Below are positions 1 to 12,995 of a stretch of DNA of 64,000 nt, piece by piece. Each line of letters starts with the position of its first letter. Position 1 is the first letter of the stretch. Both the position numbers and the translations under genes were made by a program. Below the pieces are notes generated by a model. It worked only from the letters and a program-made list of their open reading frames with translations. It ran no database searches and was not told where the DNA came from. Source of the stretch: Octopus sinensis (taxonomy: Eukaryota); contig NC_043002.1 of NCBI RefSeq assembly GCF_006345805.1, positions 31,248,001-31,312,000 of the forward strand, read 5' to 3'.

Positions 1-877
1 GTCTCGCTTGCTCACAAAATATCAATAGCAGAAACGACTACAGGCGTGTCGTGAACGGAAAGAAGTTGGAAGTTGATCCAGTCCCTGTTTTGAAGGTCAT
101 GACTGTTGATGATCACACGCTACACACCTTCTTTGAAGCACTGCTGTAAACAGTGGAAGTGACCTAGAACGTTTTAAAGTTAGTGGCCATGCACTTTAGA
201 GTTCGAGGTCACTCTGTGCCAAGCGGTTTTATTCTGCGTGCTTTAGCTTCGTTACTATAGCAGCAGGTCGGATTCTTATTGATCAGCATCGTTGATGCTC
301 TTGTCGTACTTAGTAAAATCAATAAAAATAGTACTACCAGCACTGTGAGGAATGGAAAATGCAACGTTTAGGACTTGCTCCTTCTTCAATGAAAAATTTA
401 CAGGATGGAAATTAATGAGAAACATCAGAGAGTTACATATTTTAAGTTAAAAACACGCTGACATCACGTATTTACCAGCAAAATCTACATTTGAGGCTGC
501 ACACTATAATACAATCTATAATCAGCTATTTTACGAACATTTATGCTACTCCCTATGAAATAGGGGAACAATGTGGTATACTGATAGTAGTTAGTTGTTT
601 GCTGTCGTGTACCTATTATTATATAACTTTAAATGATGAAACTGCAGCTAAACAATTCTAATATGAGACAACTGGTGGTAGTATTGGCGTTGGCAGCAGT
701 AATATTTATATGGAAATCGGTATGTCAATTATGTGATATGTGTAAGTGTATGTATATTTGTATGGAGATGTCTCTAAATATGTATATATGCAATACACAC
801 ACGCGCGCACGCAATAACACACATACAGACACAATCACACCTTTTGTTTCATTTATTAGTAATCTATTTATCTATCT

Positions 878-913
<36 letters not shown>

Positions 914-1383
914 TATATATATTGTATATATATATATATATATTATATATATTATATATATATAATATATATAATGAATCCATAACACATATAAAACATC
1001 AAAGCGTATATTGTTTGCCTCTCTGAAGATATTATGCACAGGTCATATGAATATAAATTTAATATTTACTTAATATTTACTGCGCATTAATTGAAACAGC
1101 TGTAAGTGAAGATGATTAATTTGCTGTTTATAATAAGCAATTACTGACTTCCCAAACTCCATTTACTTTTTTTCTTATATATATGTATAACATGTGATCG
1201 TCCATACTATTGGATGTTATTATGTATCTCTGGTAACGATGCACTTGACATTGTTTTAGCTTTCGAAAGATGCCACCCCCGTAGGTTCGGCGAGTAGGCC
1301 AGCATTTCTTCTAATAGGGAGATTAGTCCGTCACAGGATTGCCTATTTGTAACTGAGTGGATTGGAGTAACATCAAATAAAGC

Positions 1384-1433
<50 letters not shown>

Positions 1434-1544
1434 AAGATAGATAGATAGACAGGTAGATAGATAGATAAATAGATAGATAGACAGACGGACAGACAAACGG
1501 ACAGATAGACAAACAGATAGATAGACAGACAGAGTGAGATATAA

Positions 1545-1628
<84 letters not shown>
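1384..1628 (+). repeat. (GATA)n/(GACA)n tetranucleotide array
   Basis: Directly visible. Confidence 0.95.
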
Positions 1629-1629
<1 letters not shown>

Positions 1630-1945
1630 AAATTGATGCGTAGATATTGTAGTTTCATGGAATTCAGTAACTGCTTTGTCGAGTGTTTGTGCTGTAGAAT
1701 GGGTGGCTGAAATAATGTCTCTTACTTCGCATGGATGACTGATTGGATGTTCGCTGAGAAGATTCGTCGGTATCTAATTTCGGCCGTTTTGAAGAATATG
1801 GTTTAGAACAGCTGTAGATTGTTCTATGACTATTAACGTGAAATATCATGTTTACATAAATGTGATCAAACTGTTTGAAATGGCGTATGGAATCAGTATG
1901 GACATCTGACAATTGTCCAGACAAGGGTAAAATTAAATTCCCTTT

Positions 1946-1954
1946 ACACACACG

Positions 1955-2039
<85 letters not shown>

Positions 2040-2040
2040 A
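1946..2040 (+). repeat. (CA)n microsatellite
   Basis: Directly visible. Confidence 0.95.
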
Positions 2041-2339
2041 TGCATCCATACATTCACAACCAGCCAAAAACACACGAACACAGTTAAATATGTGCGCAGA
2101 AAGTAAGGAACCACATGTCTAATAATTAAATTAATAATTGCTTCTAACATACGCACTTATAATAACACATTTCGACAGGGAAGTATCATTTGGACAGTAA
2201 AATTGACCGCTGTACATTACTGGTACCTTATTTTATCGTTCGATGGTGGTAGAGAGGAAAGTGAATATTGGTCATATTTCGACTCAGTGTATAGAAAGCC
2301 ATAACAAATTATTCTTAGGCATGACATCCAACGCTCTTT

Positions 2340-2550
2340 TACGGAGTTTTCTCCGTCCGGGTTGCGGATCCGTGGAACAAGCTGCCAGACGAGATGGTGA
2401 AGATGCCGACGACCGCTTTGTTCAAAGCCTCCCTGGACCTCAAGTGGCCTGAACTCTTTACATGAACACCACCCTGTACTTAACTCCATGTCCCCCTACA
2501 TGGCCTTGCTATTTGCTTTTGAGCCAAATTAACTAACTAACTAACTAACT
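2340..2550 (+). mobile_element. CR1/L2-group LINE extreme 3' end
   Basis: Frame from 2343 reads GVFSVRVADPWNKLPDEMVKMPTTALFKASLDLKWPELFT* (stop 2463-2465), matching the conserved FSxRVxxxWNxLP...FKxxLD terminus. Ends in a (TAAC)n tail. Confidence 0.8.
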
Positions 2551-2639
2551 TCTACCAATCTGATAGTTATTTCAAATTTTGGAACAAATATTTTTTCTGG
2601 CTGGCTATCTTTCTCTCTGTATATGTTTGCGGTTATGTG

Positions 2640-2711
2640 CATGTGTGACTCTGTGTGTATGTGTCCGTGTCCGTGTGTGTGTGTCCGTGTCCGTGTGTGT
2701 GTGTGTCCGTG

Positions 2712-2750
<39 letters not shown>

Positions 2751-2815
2751 TGGTGTGTGTGTGGTGTGTGTGTGTATGTGTGTGTGTTTGTGTGTGTGTG
2801 TGTGTGGTGTGTGTT
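2640..2815 (+). repeat. Compound (GT)n/(GTCCGT)n microsatellite
   Basis: Directly visible. Confidence 0.9.
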
Positions 2816-2999
2816 CGAACGTACGTATGTATGTATACTTAAATCTGTACTCCGTCGTTTATGTACTGTTTCCGTCTCTTCAGTTTAACTGACGAAGTAC
2901 GGGTTGCATTACGGCTTTGACATGACATTTGGTCCACATGCTACGCAGTAGAACCGAACTCGGAACATCAACATCTTGACCACTCTGCCATTCAGTATA

Positions 3000-3517
3000 G
3001 AGGGTTATTCAAAAAGGATGAACCGATTCTATTACGCAATATTTTAAGTCACATGTATTTACTAACAATCAACTTTTATTTTCTGTCTTTCAATTGTTCA
3101 ATGTAGCCACTACCTGTAGCCCGGCAACATCAATGCAATAAGAGAATTCCTCCTAGACGCGTATCTGTTTGGCCTGCCAGATCCCGAGAGCTCACCGTGT
3201 GTGATATTTTATCGTGGGGCTATGTAAAAGCTCGCGTTTATGTTCCACCGCTACCTGTTAACATCGATGACCTGAAACATCGAATAACAAGTGATCAACT
3301 CAGTGGTTCGTGATATGCTGATACGCGTCTGGGAGGAATTCTCTTATCACATTGATGTTGCCCGTGCTGCAGGTGGTGACCACACTGAACACTTGTAAGA
3401 CAGGAAATAAAAGTTGATTGTGAGTAAATACTTGTGACTTAGCTGGAGTTTTCTATAGCTTTTCCTTATTGAAATACTGCGTATTGATATCAGTTCATTC
3501 TTTCTGCATTAACCCTG
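3000..3517 (+). mobile_element. Internally deleted Tc1/mariner element (rosa/maT-like) with C-terminal transposase remnant
   Basis: Degenerate ~30-bp TIRs (gagggttattcaaaaaggatgaaccg / cagttcattctttctgcattaaccctg) flanked by TA. 3170-3398 reads WPARSRELTVCDILSWGYVKARVY...DDLKHRIT, frameshift, VINSVVRDMLIRVWEEFSYHIDVARAAGGDHTEHL*. Confidence 0.9.
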
Positions 3518-5039
3518 TATAATCAATTATTTAACAGGAAATTCATCTACCCATTCTATGTTGCTACAGGTCACAATCTGATTTCAGATAAATTGATTCC
3601 CTGCCTTCATGAGAAGACTTCCGTTTAATTGTCGAATCTAGGCTGTAACATATGTGCTTATGGAAATCTTGTGAAATCCTCAGCTGTACGCTCTTCTCGA
3701 GGAAGCCATGTAATATAGCTTGATTATTGCAGTGTTGAGCGTTTTAATTAGACAATGTGCCATGTACCCACTAAAGGATGCTAGCAAAGTAATTGCTTAC
3801 AAAACAGGTGTAACTCTAACGGGCTAAGTTATATGTGCATAGTGTGTGACGGTATGTAATGTTCGTGGTCAGCTATATGAACACATTTTGTTATAAGTAA
3901 TGCTGATAATATTTATAGCATTTAAAATATTATTCTCGGTCTTCCTGCAACCTATCTAATTTTGCCTTAGATTTACGTCATTGGAGGTAAGAGAGAAAGG
4001 CAGAAAAAAGGACAAAAAAAGTTGCAGCAAGGCTACGTGATAGTAGTGTCAGATGTGACATGCACACCATCATATAACTTGTTTTATTCCAATCTTCCGT
4101 TTTATTTTGACATGCGCATTGTGTTTTGTTCTCTTCCGTTTTACGAATTGACTATACATATGCGCATTAAGTGTTCATTCTTCCCTTTCCGGTTCCCACT
4201 CAAAACTGTTTATAGATCACAACCATCTCACGGACATAGAAAGAGAAAACAGAAGAGGGGAGCGGAAGGTCTGTATATATTGCATTTCTGTGTTCAAATC
4301 GCTGGAACAGCGAAAATGTTTAATATAGTAATGTAATGTCAGAGATTTATAATTTGATGCTTTAAATGATGTATCAATGGAGAGTTAAATTTAAGAGGAA
4401 TATCTTTGTGGATGTTACATTTTCATATTTTACCTCATAAAGTGTGTGACCATACTGAAGCATCACCATTATTCGTTTTCCCCCGATTTATTTTTATCAA
4501 ATTTAAATATTTATCACTATTATGATATTAGACGGATGCATAAAGCAGCAGACGGAAAAATACATATTCAAATATGCTGACTTACACATCGCAATTTCCA
4601 CGAATCGTGCTAATATAGAATAAACAGAGTAGTGAATAGTTATGGAGGTAATGAATTAAGTAAAAATGAAAAGAAAAATAAAGAAAGAAATGGCGGTAAT
4701 GTTGTTAGTGCGGAACGTGAAGCGGGCAGAATATCGTGAGTTGGTTTTTGAAATCTCCGTCAAAACAGTAAAATTATAACGTACTGATTGTAAAATTCCT
4801 CTCACTGATTGAAGAAATCGATCGGCTATTCAACGCTAGTTTTTATCATTCATGGGGGGAATTATTTGACGATATCGATTTCAACGATATTTGATTCTAC
4901 AAGGATCTCCTGACAGAAATTCAGTGGAATGTAGCTAAAGGACATCTACTCCGAGACAACAGGGTTCACGTTGATCATGCCATAGGAAAAATAGTCATCT
5001 GCTGCAAACATTCATAACCGTGCTTAAATTATTTCTGAT

Positions 5040-5194
5040 GAGTGGTTGTGTGGTGAGTAGCTTGCTTACCAACCACATGGTTCCGGGTTCACTCCCACCG
5101 CGTGGCACCTTTGGCAACTGTCTTCTAGTATACCCTCGGGCCGAGCAAAGCCTCGTGAGCGGATTTGGTAGACAGAAATTGAAAGAAGCCCGTC

Positions 5195-5255
<61 letters not shown>

Positions 5256-5517
5256 TACATAGATAGATATATAGATATGTATATGTATATGTATGTGTGT
5301 ATATGTTTTTGTATTTGTGGTTTCCCCCCATCATCGCTTGACAACCGATGCTGGTGTGTTTACGTCCCGTAACTTAGCGGTTCGTCAAAAGAGACTGATG
5401 GAATAAGTACTAGGCTTGCAAAGTATAAGTCCCGGGGTCGATTTGCTCCACTAAAAGCGGTGCTCCAGCATGGCCACAGGCAAATGACTGAAACAGGTAA
5501 AAGAGTAAAGAGTAAAG
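5040..5517 (+). mobile_element. tRNA-derived SINE family A, full length with internal microsatellite
   Basis: Head with A/B-box-like motifs (gtggttgtgtggtgag, gggttcactccc), then a (TA)/(GA) spacer, then a tail ending ctccagcatggccac...gactgaaacaggtaaaagagtaaag. Homologous to many other copies in the window. Octopus tRNA-SINEs OK/OR1/OR2 are described, but I cannot assign which one this is. Confidence 0.9.
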
Positions 5518-5690
5518 GGAATAATGTGAGAGGAAAATGTATTTAGCCAATAGAACCAGATATACCGAGGGCAGGATTAATAAATAAACTATTCTGTTTA
5601 CTGAAATTAAATATCAGCTAAATATTTCCGCCTTCAAGAGAATAGCAGATTATAAGAACTGTAGCTCAAAATGTTCTATTCTTTTTATTA

Positions 5691-5912
5691 TTTTACTTGT
5701 TTCAGTCATTTGACTACGACCATGCTAGAACAACGCCATTAATCGAGCAAAACGACCCAATGACTTATTCTTTGTAAGCCTAGTACTTATTCTATCGTCA
5801 CTTTTGCCGATCCGCTAAGTTACGGGGACGTAAACGCACCAGCATCGGTTGTCAAGTGATGTTGGAGAGACGAAGGCAGACACACAAACACACGTATATA
5901 TATATGTATATA

Positions 5913-5969
<57 letters not shown>

Positions 5970-6132
5970 GACGGGCTTCTTTCAGTTTCCGTCTACCAAA
6001 TCCACTCACAATGCTTTGGTCGGCCCGAGGTTATAGTAGAAGACACTTGTGCAAGGTGCCACGCAGTGGGACTGAACCCGGAACCATGTGGTTGGTAAGC
6101 AAGCTACTTACCACACAGCCACTCCTGCGTCT
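5691..6132 (-). mobile_element. SINE family A, full length
   Basis: Reverse-complement homolog of 5040-5517. Confidence 0.9.
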
Positions 6133-6189
6133 ATGTATATATATATATGTATTGTCACAAAACATATCTATAGAAAAAAACACAGAAAT

Positions 6190-6619
6190 GATTAACTTGA
6201 TGATGAGTACGATGGTCATAGCAAGGATGGTAGGAAGGATGATGGTGACTGAGGTGAATATAATGAAGATAACGAGGAGGGAGGTGCGAATGCGGGTGAT
6301 GACGACGATGATTATGTCGATGGTGGTTGTCGCGATGGGAATGATGTTGGTCGTAGTAGTCGTGATGATGGCAGTAATGATTAATGGAGCGGTGGTGATA
6401 TTGGTGTGGTAGTGAGGTGTAGGAGACGGCAATGGTATTGCTGCTGTTGCTGCTGCTGCTGCTGCTGATGATGATGATGATGATAATAATCTGGTTCAAG
6501 AGAAGGAAGATGGGCCAATATCTGATAATAATCATGGTCTTGTAGTGATGGTGGTTGAGGCGATAGTAGTGTTATTGATGATAATAATGATGATCATGAG
6601 GGTTGTGGAAATGATGTTG

Positions 6620-6658
<39 letters not shown>

Positions 6659-6830
6659 TGGTGGTGGCGGTGAGTCAGTAGTGGTAATGGTGATGAAGAT
6701 AACGGTGATGGTGATGATAATGATGATGATGATGATGAAGATGAAGAGGAGGAGGAGGAGGAGGGGGCGGATGGTGGTGATGACGATGATGATGAAGATG
6801 ATAAGTGGGAAAGGAAGCAGAAGAAGGGAA
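6190..6830 (+). repeat. Degenerate trinucleotide low-complexity tract (GAT/GGT/GTA/GCT)
   Basis: Directly visible; explains the overlapping ORF calls. Confidence 0.9.
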
Positions 6831-7129
6831 AGCAATGATCAACTGACCTCGCCTTCAAGTCGGTGATTTCAGCTTCTAAACGTTCACACATATATGTGAT
6901 AAATGTCTTCGGACGTTGGTAAACGTAGGTTATGTCCACTAAGCAAACACATGCGCGCGCACGCACACATACACACACATATATACACATACACTCACAC
7001 GCACACAGACGCATACACACATACAAACACGCACACACATATACATACCGGCATGCAAACATTATATATATATATAAATACCCACATACGCATATACATA
7101 TGCAATATATGTATAATAATATATATAAT

Positions 7130-7188
<59 letters not shown>

Positions 7189-7435
7189 CATATATATATT
7201 TGTATATATACTTATATATATGTGTGTGTATGAATCTGTGTCTACATATTTATATGTGTGTGTCTGTTTTTGTGTGTGGTATAATTATATATAATATATA
7301 TATATATTTGTATATATACTTATATATATGTGTGTATAAATCTATGTTTCTACATATGCATATGTGTGTGTATATATATATACATATACATACATGCATA
7401 TATAGATATATAAATACCTAAATGTATGTTTAAAT

Positions 7436-7489
<54 letters not shown>

Positions 7490-8229
7490 CATATATACAC
7501 ATACATCGTTAGCTTGAGCGTCTGTGTGAGTATGTGTTTGTTTCTGTGATTAATTAACCGCGGTGTTTGCCAAGCGGTCGGACTAATCTTAGTCAGCTGT
7601 GGAGTTAAAGATAAAATGAAAGTGATAAGGGTAGTGGGGTGTTTAGGGTGTGGGTGTGATGGGTTCGTAGAAGGAAGTGTGGGAAGGTATTATTGCTATA
7701 TCAAACAATCACGTCCGGTGGATCCCTCTAAGGTCCAGGGAATATTACCGCCATTTATATTGAGTTTGACCGTCTTAGGCCACAGAATAAACAAGATGCT
7801 GACGTTGTTGGTGCCGGTTTTGGTGTTGGTGGCAGTAGCGACGATGGTGGGAGTGGGTTTTTGGCGACCGTATAAGTGATGGAGGTGTCTGTGATGTTGG
7901 CGTTCCGGTTGGTATTGGTGTTCATGCGGTATTATTGGGGTTGATGCTGGTGGTGAAGGTTCTGGTCTTACCGTTGTTCTTATTCATAGTGATATTTGCG
8001 GTGAAGGATCAACTGACCTCACCTTCATGATGGTTTCGTTATGGTTGTGGTGGTAGGAGTGTTGATGGCAGAGTGAAGATAGTCGTGCACATTAAAGTTC
8101 GCAAGTGCGGACACACGGACACACACATTCAAACACACACAATTGCACGCGCATGTATGTTATATTCATACATTAGCTATATATCCATATGTGCATCTCT
8201 ACACATAAGACTATGTATGTGTGTATGAG

Positions 8230-8300
<71 letters not shown>

Positions 8301-8491
8301 ATATATATACATTCATACATACATACAGACATACATATATTCACGCATACATACATATAGATAGAGAGAGAGAGAGAGAGAGAGGTATATGTATGTATAT
8401 ATACTATATTGCATATACACCATATATATATACACACACAACACACATAATACCGTGTAGATATATATATATATAATATATACACAATAAT

Positions 8492-8625
8492 AAATCGACC
8501 GCAGGTTTTATTCTTTGTAGGCATAGTACTTATTCTATCCCCCCGTTTTACCAACCGCTAAATTACGGGGAATTATGCACATCAACATCGATCGTCAAGC
8601 GATGGTGTGGGACAAACACTGACGC
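8492..8625 (-). mobile_element. SINE family A tail fragment
   Basis: aaatcgacc...tagtacttattctatc...gtcaagcgatggtg matches the family A tail. Confidence 0.75.
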
Positions 8626-8659
8626 AAAACCGAAATATACGTATACAATATATATATAT

Positions 8660-8698
<39 letters not shown>

Positions 8699-9272
8699 CA
8701 GACATGCAGGAAGTAAATGGACACCTTTAATTTTCAAAGTCTTTTATTTAATGTTAATTGGTTGAAGGAAAGGTTTTCTTCTAGCTGCTCGTCCACAATA
8801 CCCAAGCTTATGCAGATATGTAACACACGTTCTTGGACTAACATCTAGCTGTTTTGCAATGACAGAAGCCTTCGAACAGGTTTCGTTTTCCACAATTCTC
8901 TTCAAATATCGAAGCTTCCTCTCCGAGGGCCTTGGTCGTCGAGGACGAGAATCTGTTGATTATTTTCCATGGCTTTTGAATTGCACTATAATTCAATTAA
9001 CAGTAACAAGAAGAATTTGAAGATTTTCGGCGATTTTTCGCTAAGACCAGCCTCAGATAGCCCAACAATACGACCTCTTTTTGAAATCTGACAGTTTTGC
9101 TGAAATTTTTGTGCATGGCATGCTTTCACTTCGCAAATGTTTAATATAATGGCAACTGGAGTGAAAAAGAATAATTACTTTATAAATTATACATTGCTGA
9201 AAAATCATTAAGACGCTTTGATCACAAAGTTTGAAACTGAAAGAAGGTATCTATTTACTTCTTGCATGTCTG
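8699..9272 (-). mobile_element. Internally deleted Tc1-like element retaining only the N-terminal DNA-binding region
   Basis: ~29-bp TIRs (cagacatgcaggaagtaaatggacacctt / aaggtatctatttacttcttgcatgtctg) with TA on both sides. Frameshifted translation from 9121: MPCTKISAKLSDF..RGRIVGLSEAGLS..IAENLQI...SRPRRPR...LHKLGYCGRAARRKPFL. Confidence 0.9.
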
Positions 9273-9286
9273 TATATATATATATA

Positions 9287-9808
<522 letters not shown>

Positions 9809-10084
9809 TGAGAAAGTTGGTTTGTGAAAGCACGTGGTTGAATATATAGAAAATAGTAAAAAGGGAAAAAACTACAGAAGGCTTGTTTTAAAAGGTTAAA
9901 AAATATATATTTGAGTCAATATGTCTGAAGAATGTTTTTTCTTACAATGACATAGTTTAGAAGAAATGACCGTTATGTTTAGAAGAGTTATGTTGAGAAG
10001 AGTTATCGTTATGTTTATGTTGAGAAGAGTTCTAGATAAGGGGAGGTAATAAGTGATTTCTTCCGGTGTAAGGGAGATAATCGC

Positions 10085-10833
10085 TTAAAATTTTTTTCCT
10101 TTCTTTTGGAGTGAATTTCTCTGTAAAAGTATGTTGGAATGGTTAAGTTTGGGCTTGTATTTTTCAATGAAGAATGTTTCCTTGTTTAGTCTAAAATGTG
10201 TTGGTGTTCCGATAGCACATTGGTAAAATGGAAAGATTAGAAATTGTGGTAGTAGTTGCTTTGCGCATTTCTCAATGTGCTCACTAAAGGGTATCATTCT
10301 GTATTCTGGGAATGCAATCTGTTGTCGATGCAGTGTGCATCTACGTCTGAGTGATAGTCCCGCGGACCCCAGGTAGTCTTGGTGGCAGCTCGAGCATTTT
10401 ATGACATAAATTATGTTTAAGAGGCACAAGTAAAATTAGATTTGATCTTGAATTTCTGTCCCTCTTTGAAGAGGAATTCTGATCCTTCTAGCAGGTTTGG
10501 ACATGTTGCACAGTTCGGTCTACCACATTTTTTAACTTTTGCATCCGTAATTTCAGAAAACAATTTTGCCTTTGTGAGAATCTTTTTAAGTGATTTAGTT
10601 TGTTTGTAGCTTTTAATGATTTGATGTATGTTTAGAATTTCCTTTAGTTTGGGGTCCTTATGAAGTATAGGTAAATTCTGGGTGATGATGGTGAAGGCTT
10701 CTTTGTTTCTGGGGTTGTATGTGGATATGTAAGGTAGTATTTTCGGGGAAGGTGTGTTGTTGTGTTGAACTTTTCTTAAAGTTTCTATGTTGATTTCTGT
10801 TGCACGTCTGATCCCATCCTCTATGAGTTGAGC
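10085..10833 (-). mobile_element. Penelope-like retroelement 3' fragment: thumb/linker plus GIY-YIG endonuclease, frameshifted
   Basis: Minus-strand translation QLIEDGIRRATEINIETLRK...ILPYISTYNPRN...KCGRPNCATC...KSNFTCAS, then a 1-nt frameshift, then NIIYVIKCSSCHQDYLGSAGLSLRRRCTLHRQQI...ETFFIEKYKPKLN. This has the Cys-rich linker and GIY-YIG motifs typical of PLEs. 5'-truncated at a SINE. Confidence 0.9.
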
Positions 10834-11430
10834 TGGCGAAATGCCCAGCGGTATTTCATCTGCTTCTACGATCTGATTTCAATTTCCATCGAGTTCGACT
10901 TTGCTTTCATCCTTTTGGGGTCAATGAAATAAGTAACAGTTATGCACTGCGGTTCATGTAATCGACTAGCCCCCCCAAAAATTTTGAAGGCTTTGTGCCT
11001 AGAGGAGAAATGACTATTATGTAATAACTCTTTTAAGGCAGGCAGCTGGCAGAATCGTTAGCAAGTTGGGCGAAATGCTAAGCAGTATATCATCTGCCGC
11101 AACTTTCTCAGTTCGAATTACGCCGATGATGAATTTACCTTTTATTCATTCGGGGTCAATGAAATAAGTACGAATCGAACACTTCCCCAAAATTTAAAAT
11201 CATTATAAGGCAGTGAACTGGCACAATCAGTAGCACGCCGGGCGAAAATCTTAGTCCTATTTCGTCTGTCTTCACGTTTTGAGTTTAAATTCCACTGAGG
11301 TCGACTTTGCTTTACATCCTTCTGGGGTCGATGAAATAAGTACCTCTGGAACACTGGGGGCGATATAATCGACTAGCCCCACCATCCAAATTTTCAGGCC
11401 TTGTGCCTATAATAGAAATAGAAATGATTA
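10832..11430 (+). mobile_element. SINE family B, three degenerate head-to-tail copies
   Basis: Repeated gctggcagaatcgttagc / gtcgactttgctttcatccttt.ggggtc.atgaaataagta motifs at ~10832, ~11035 and ~11205. Confidence 0.75.
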
Positions 11431-12186
11431 TATAATAAATCTTCATCGTCACACACAATCATGCTTTAAATTTAGAACAACATGCAAGAAACGCTACTGT
11501 AAATTCACATACACTCATACGCAAATAAAGCAATACATATATACACATATTTGAACGTACACTCACGTATACATGCAAACTCGTGCAAATATGGACGGGA
11601 ACATATACAGAATCACGTATTTAATCAAGTTGATGCAGAGGTACAGACAGGCACAGAGTACGGTGTACAATTAAATACATGCAATGTGTAGGCAAATAAT
11701 AAAAACACATATAGAGAAATGTATATAGTATTACATGCACGCAAACGCACGAAAACGTTCCTGTTTTCTCTTTTTTATCTTTGTTATTATCATCACATAC
11801 AAACACAGGCCTGAGATAATTAATATTAACAAAGTCTGGCAATTAAAATGCAATAACACATGGATAAGAATGTGTGAAATTGCACACATACACACACTAT
11901 TGCGCACAGATGCGCACATATACACATATAGAGAGTGAGAGAGGGAAGTGAGAGTGGGGATTTACATACTAGCATACTATTAAACACAAACTTTCCAAAC
12001 GATGAGAGGTGGAATAAACACCGAAACACAAAAATGTACACACACACCTGACACATACTTGAAAACTTGCATGCGAATTCATGCACGCACACACAACAAT
12101 CACGCACGCACGCACGCAATCACATGCACTTATACATATTTGCAATTAATATCACAGCCACTACGAACGTATATGCAAATATGCGC

Positions 12187-12291
12187 TGGCGCGGGAGTGG
12201 CTGTGTGGTAAGTAGCTTGTTTACCAACCACATGGTTCCAGGTTCACTCCCACTGCGTGGCACCTTGGGCAAGTGTCTTCTGCTATAGCCT
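12187..12291 (+). mobile_element. SINE family A head, truncated by a mariner fragment
   Basis: ggcgcgggagtggctgtgtggtaagtagcttg...ggcaagtgtcttctgctatagcc. Confidence 0.85.
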
Positions 12292-12720
12292 TTGAGGTGT
12301 CGAGAAACAATTTTGTGAGATGTTTGGAGTTCTGATGAAAGTTTGCGGACCCTTGATCACGGATTTTTTCAACCAAAGCATTTATTCCATCATGCTGAAT
12401 AAACCAATGCAGTGGGACTGAATTCCCTTAGTTCTTTTTCAAGGCTATCATCTCCTGAACGAAATCTTTGAAACCATCTCTGAACAGTTCTGATGTCAAC
12501 AAAACCATTATCAAAGGCCCGCATGGTAATCTATATAGCTTCTGCAGCAGATGGACCCCGTTTGTATCATAGAAGAATATCACTCGATATTGTTTTGTTG
12601 TTATGATTTCCTTAAGGTCTGTGAGTACGAATTTTGTATACCAATGTTGCCTGGAAGGAAAAGGAATCAAAATTAAATGCAAGGGTATACATAATTGAGT
12701 TTTAAATAACTGAAAAAAAA
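12292..12720 (-). mobile_element. Mariner transposase N-terminal fragment, decayed
   Basis: Disrupted translation YRVIFFY...GPSAAEA...RAFDNGFVDIRTVQRWFQRFRSGDDSLE...VEKNP*SRVRKLSSELQTSHKIVSRHLK matches the mariner HTH region. Confidence 0.8.
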
Positions 12721-12766
12721 AGGTAATTAAAAATGCAACATTTCATATATACATAAATATGTATGT

Positions 12767-12818
<52 letters not shown>

Positions 12819-12834
12819 TACACACACACGTATA

Positions 12835-12995
12835 TAGAAGACGAGTTTCTTTCACTTTCCGTTTACCAAATACATTCACATGTCTGTCGTCAGTCTGAAG
12901 CTATAGTAAAAGACACTTGCCCAAGGTCCCATGCAGTGAGACTGAACCCGCAACCATTTGGTTGGGAAGCAAGCTTCTTACCACATAGCCACGAC
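12835..12995 (-). mobile_element. SINE family A head, degenerate
   Basis: ttctttcactttccgtttaccaaat...gacacttgcccaagg...cttaccacatagccac. Confidence 0.75.

Noticed and set aside
1207-1512. Protein-like tail of the minus-strand ORF ([11 protein letters not shown]...)
   Set aside because: It starts in (TATC)n, and 1325-1383 resembles a CORE-type SINE remnant; no splice or homology support.
1700-1815. Possible minus-strand exon [28 protein letters not shown]
   Set aside because: The acceptor lacks a pyrimidine tract and the peptide is not recognisable; insufficient support.
5040-5110. tRNA genes at SINE heads (also 21686, 44760-44826, 54000-54031)
   Set aside because: Only A/B-box-like motifs are present, with no complete cloverleaf, and they are fused to SINE bodies.
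6031-6535. Hydrophobic or His-rich ORFs suggesting membrane or metal-binding proteins
   Set aside because: They lie in degenerate trinucleotide repeats and run into a SINE.
7080-7200. Recurrent single TT or AA phase slips within long (TA)n runs throughout the window
   Set aside because: Most simply explained by slippage or consensus errors in self-complementary TA tracts; no consistent spacing or code.
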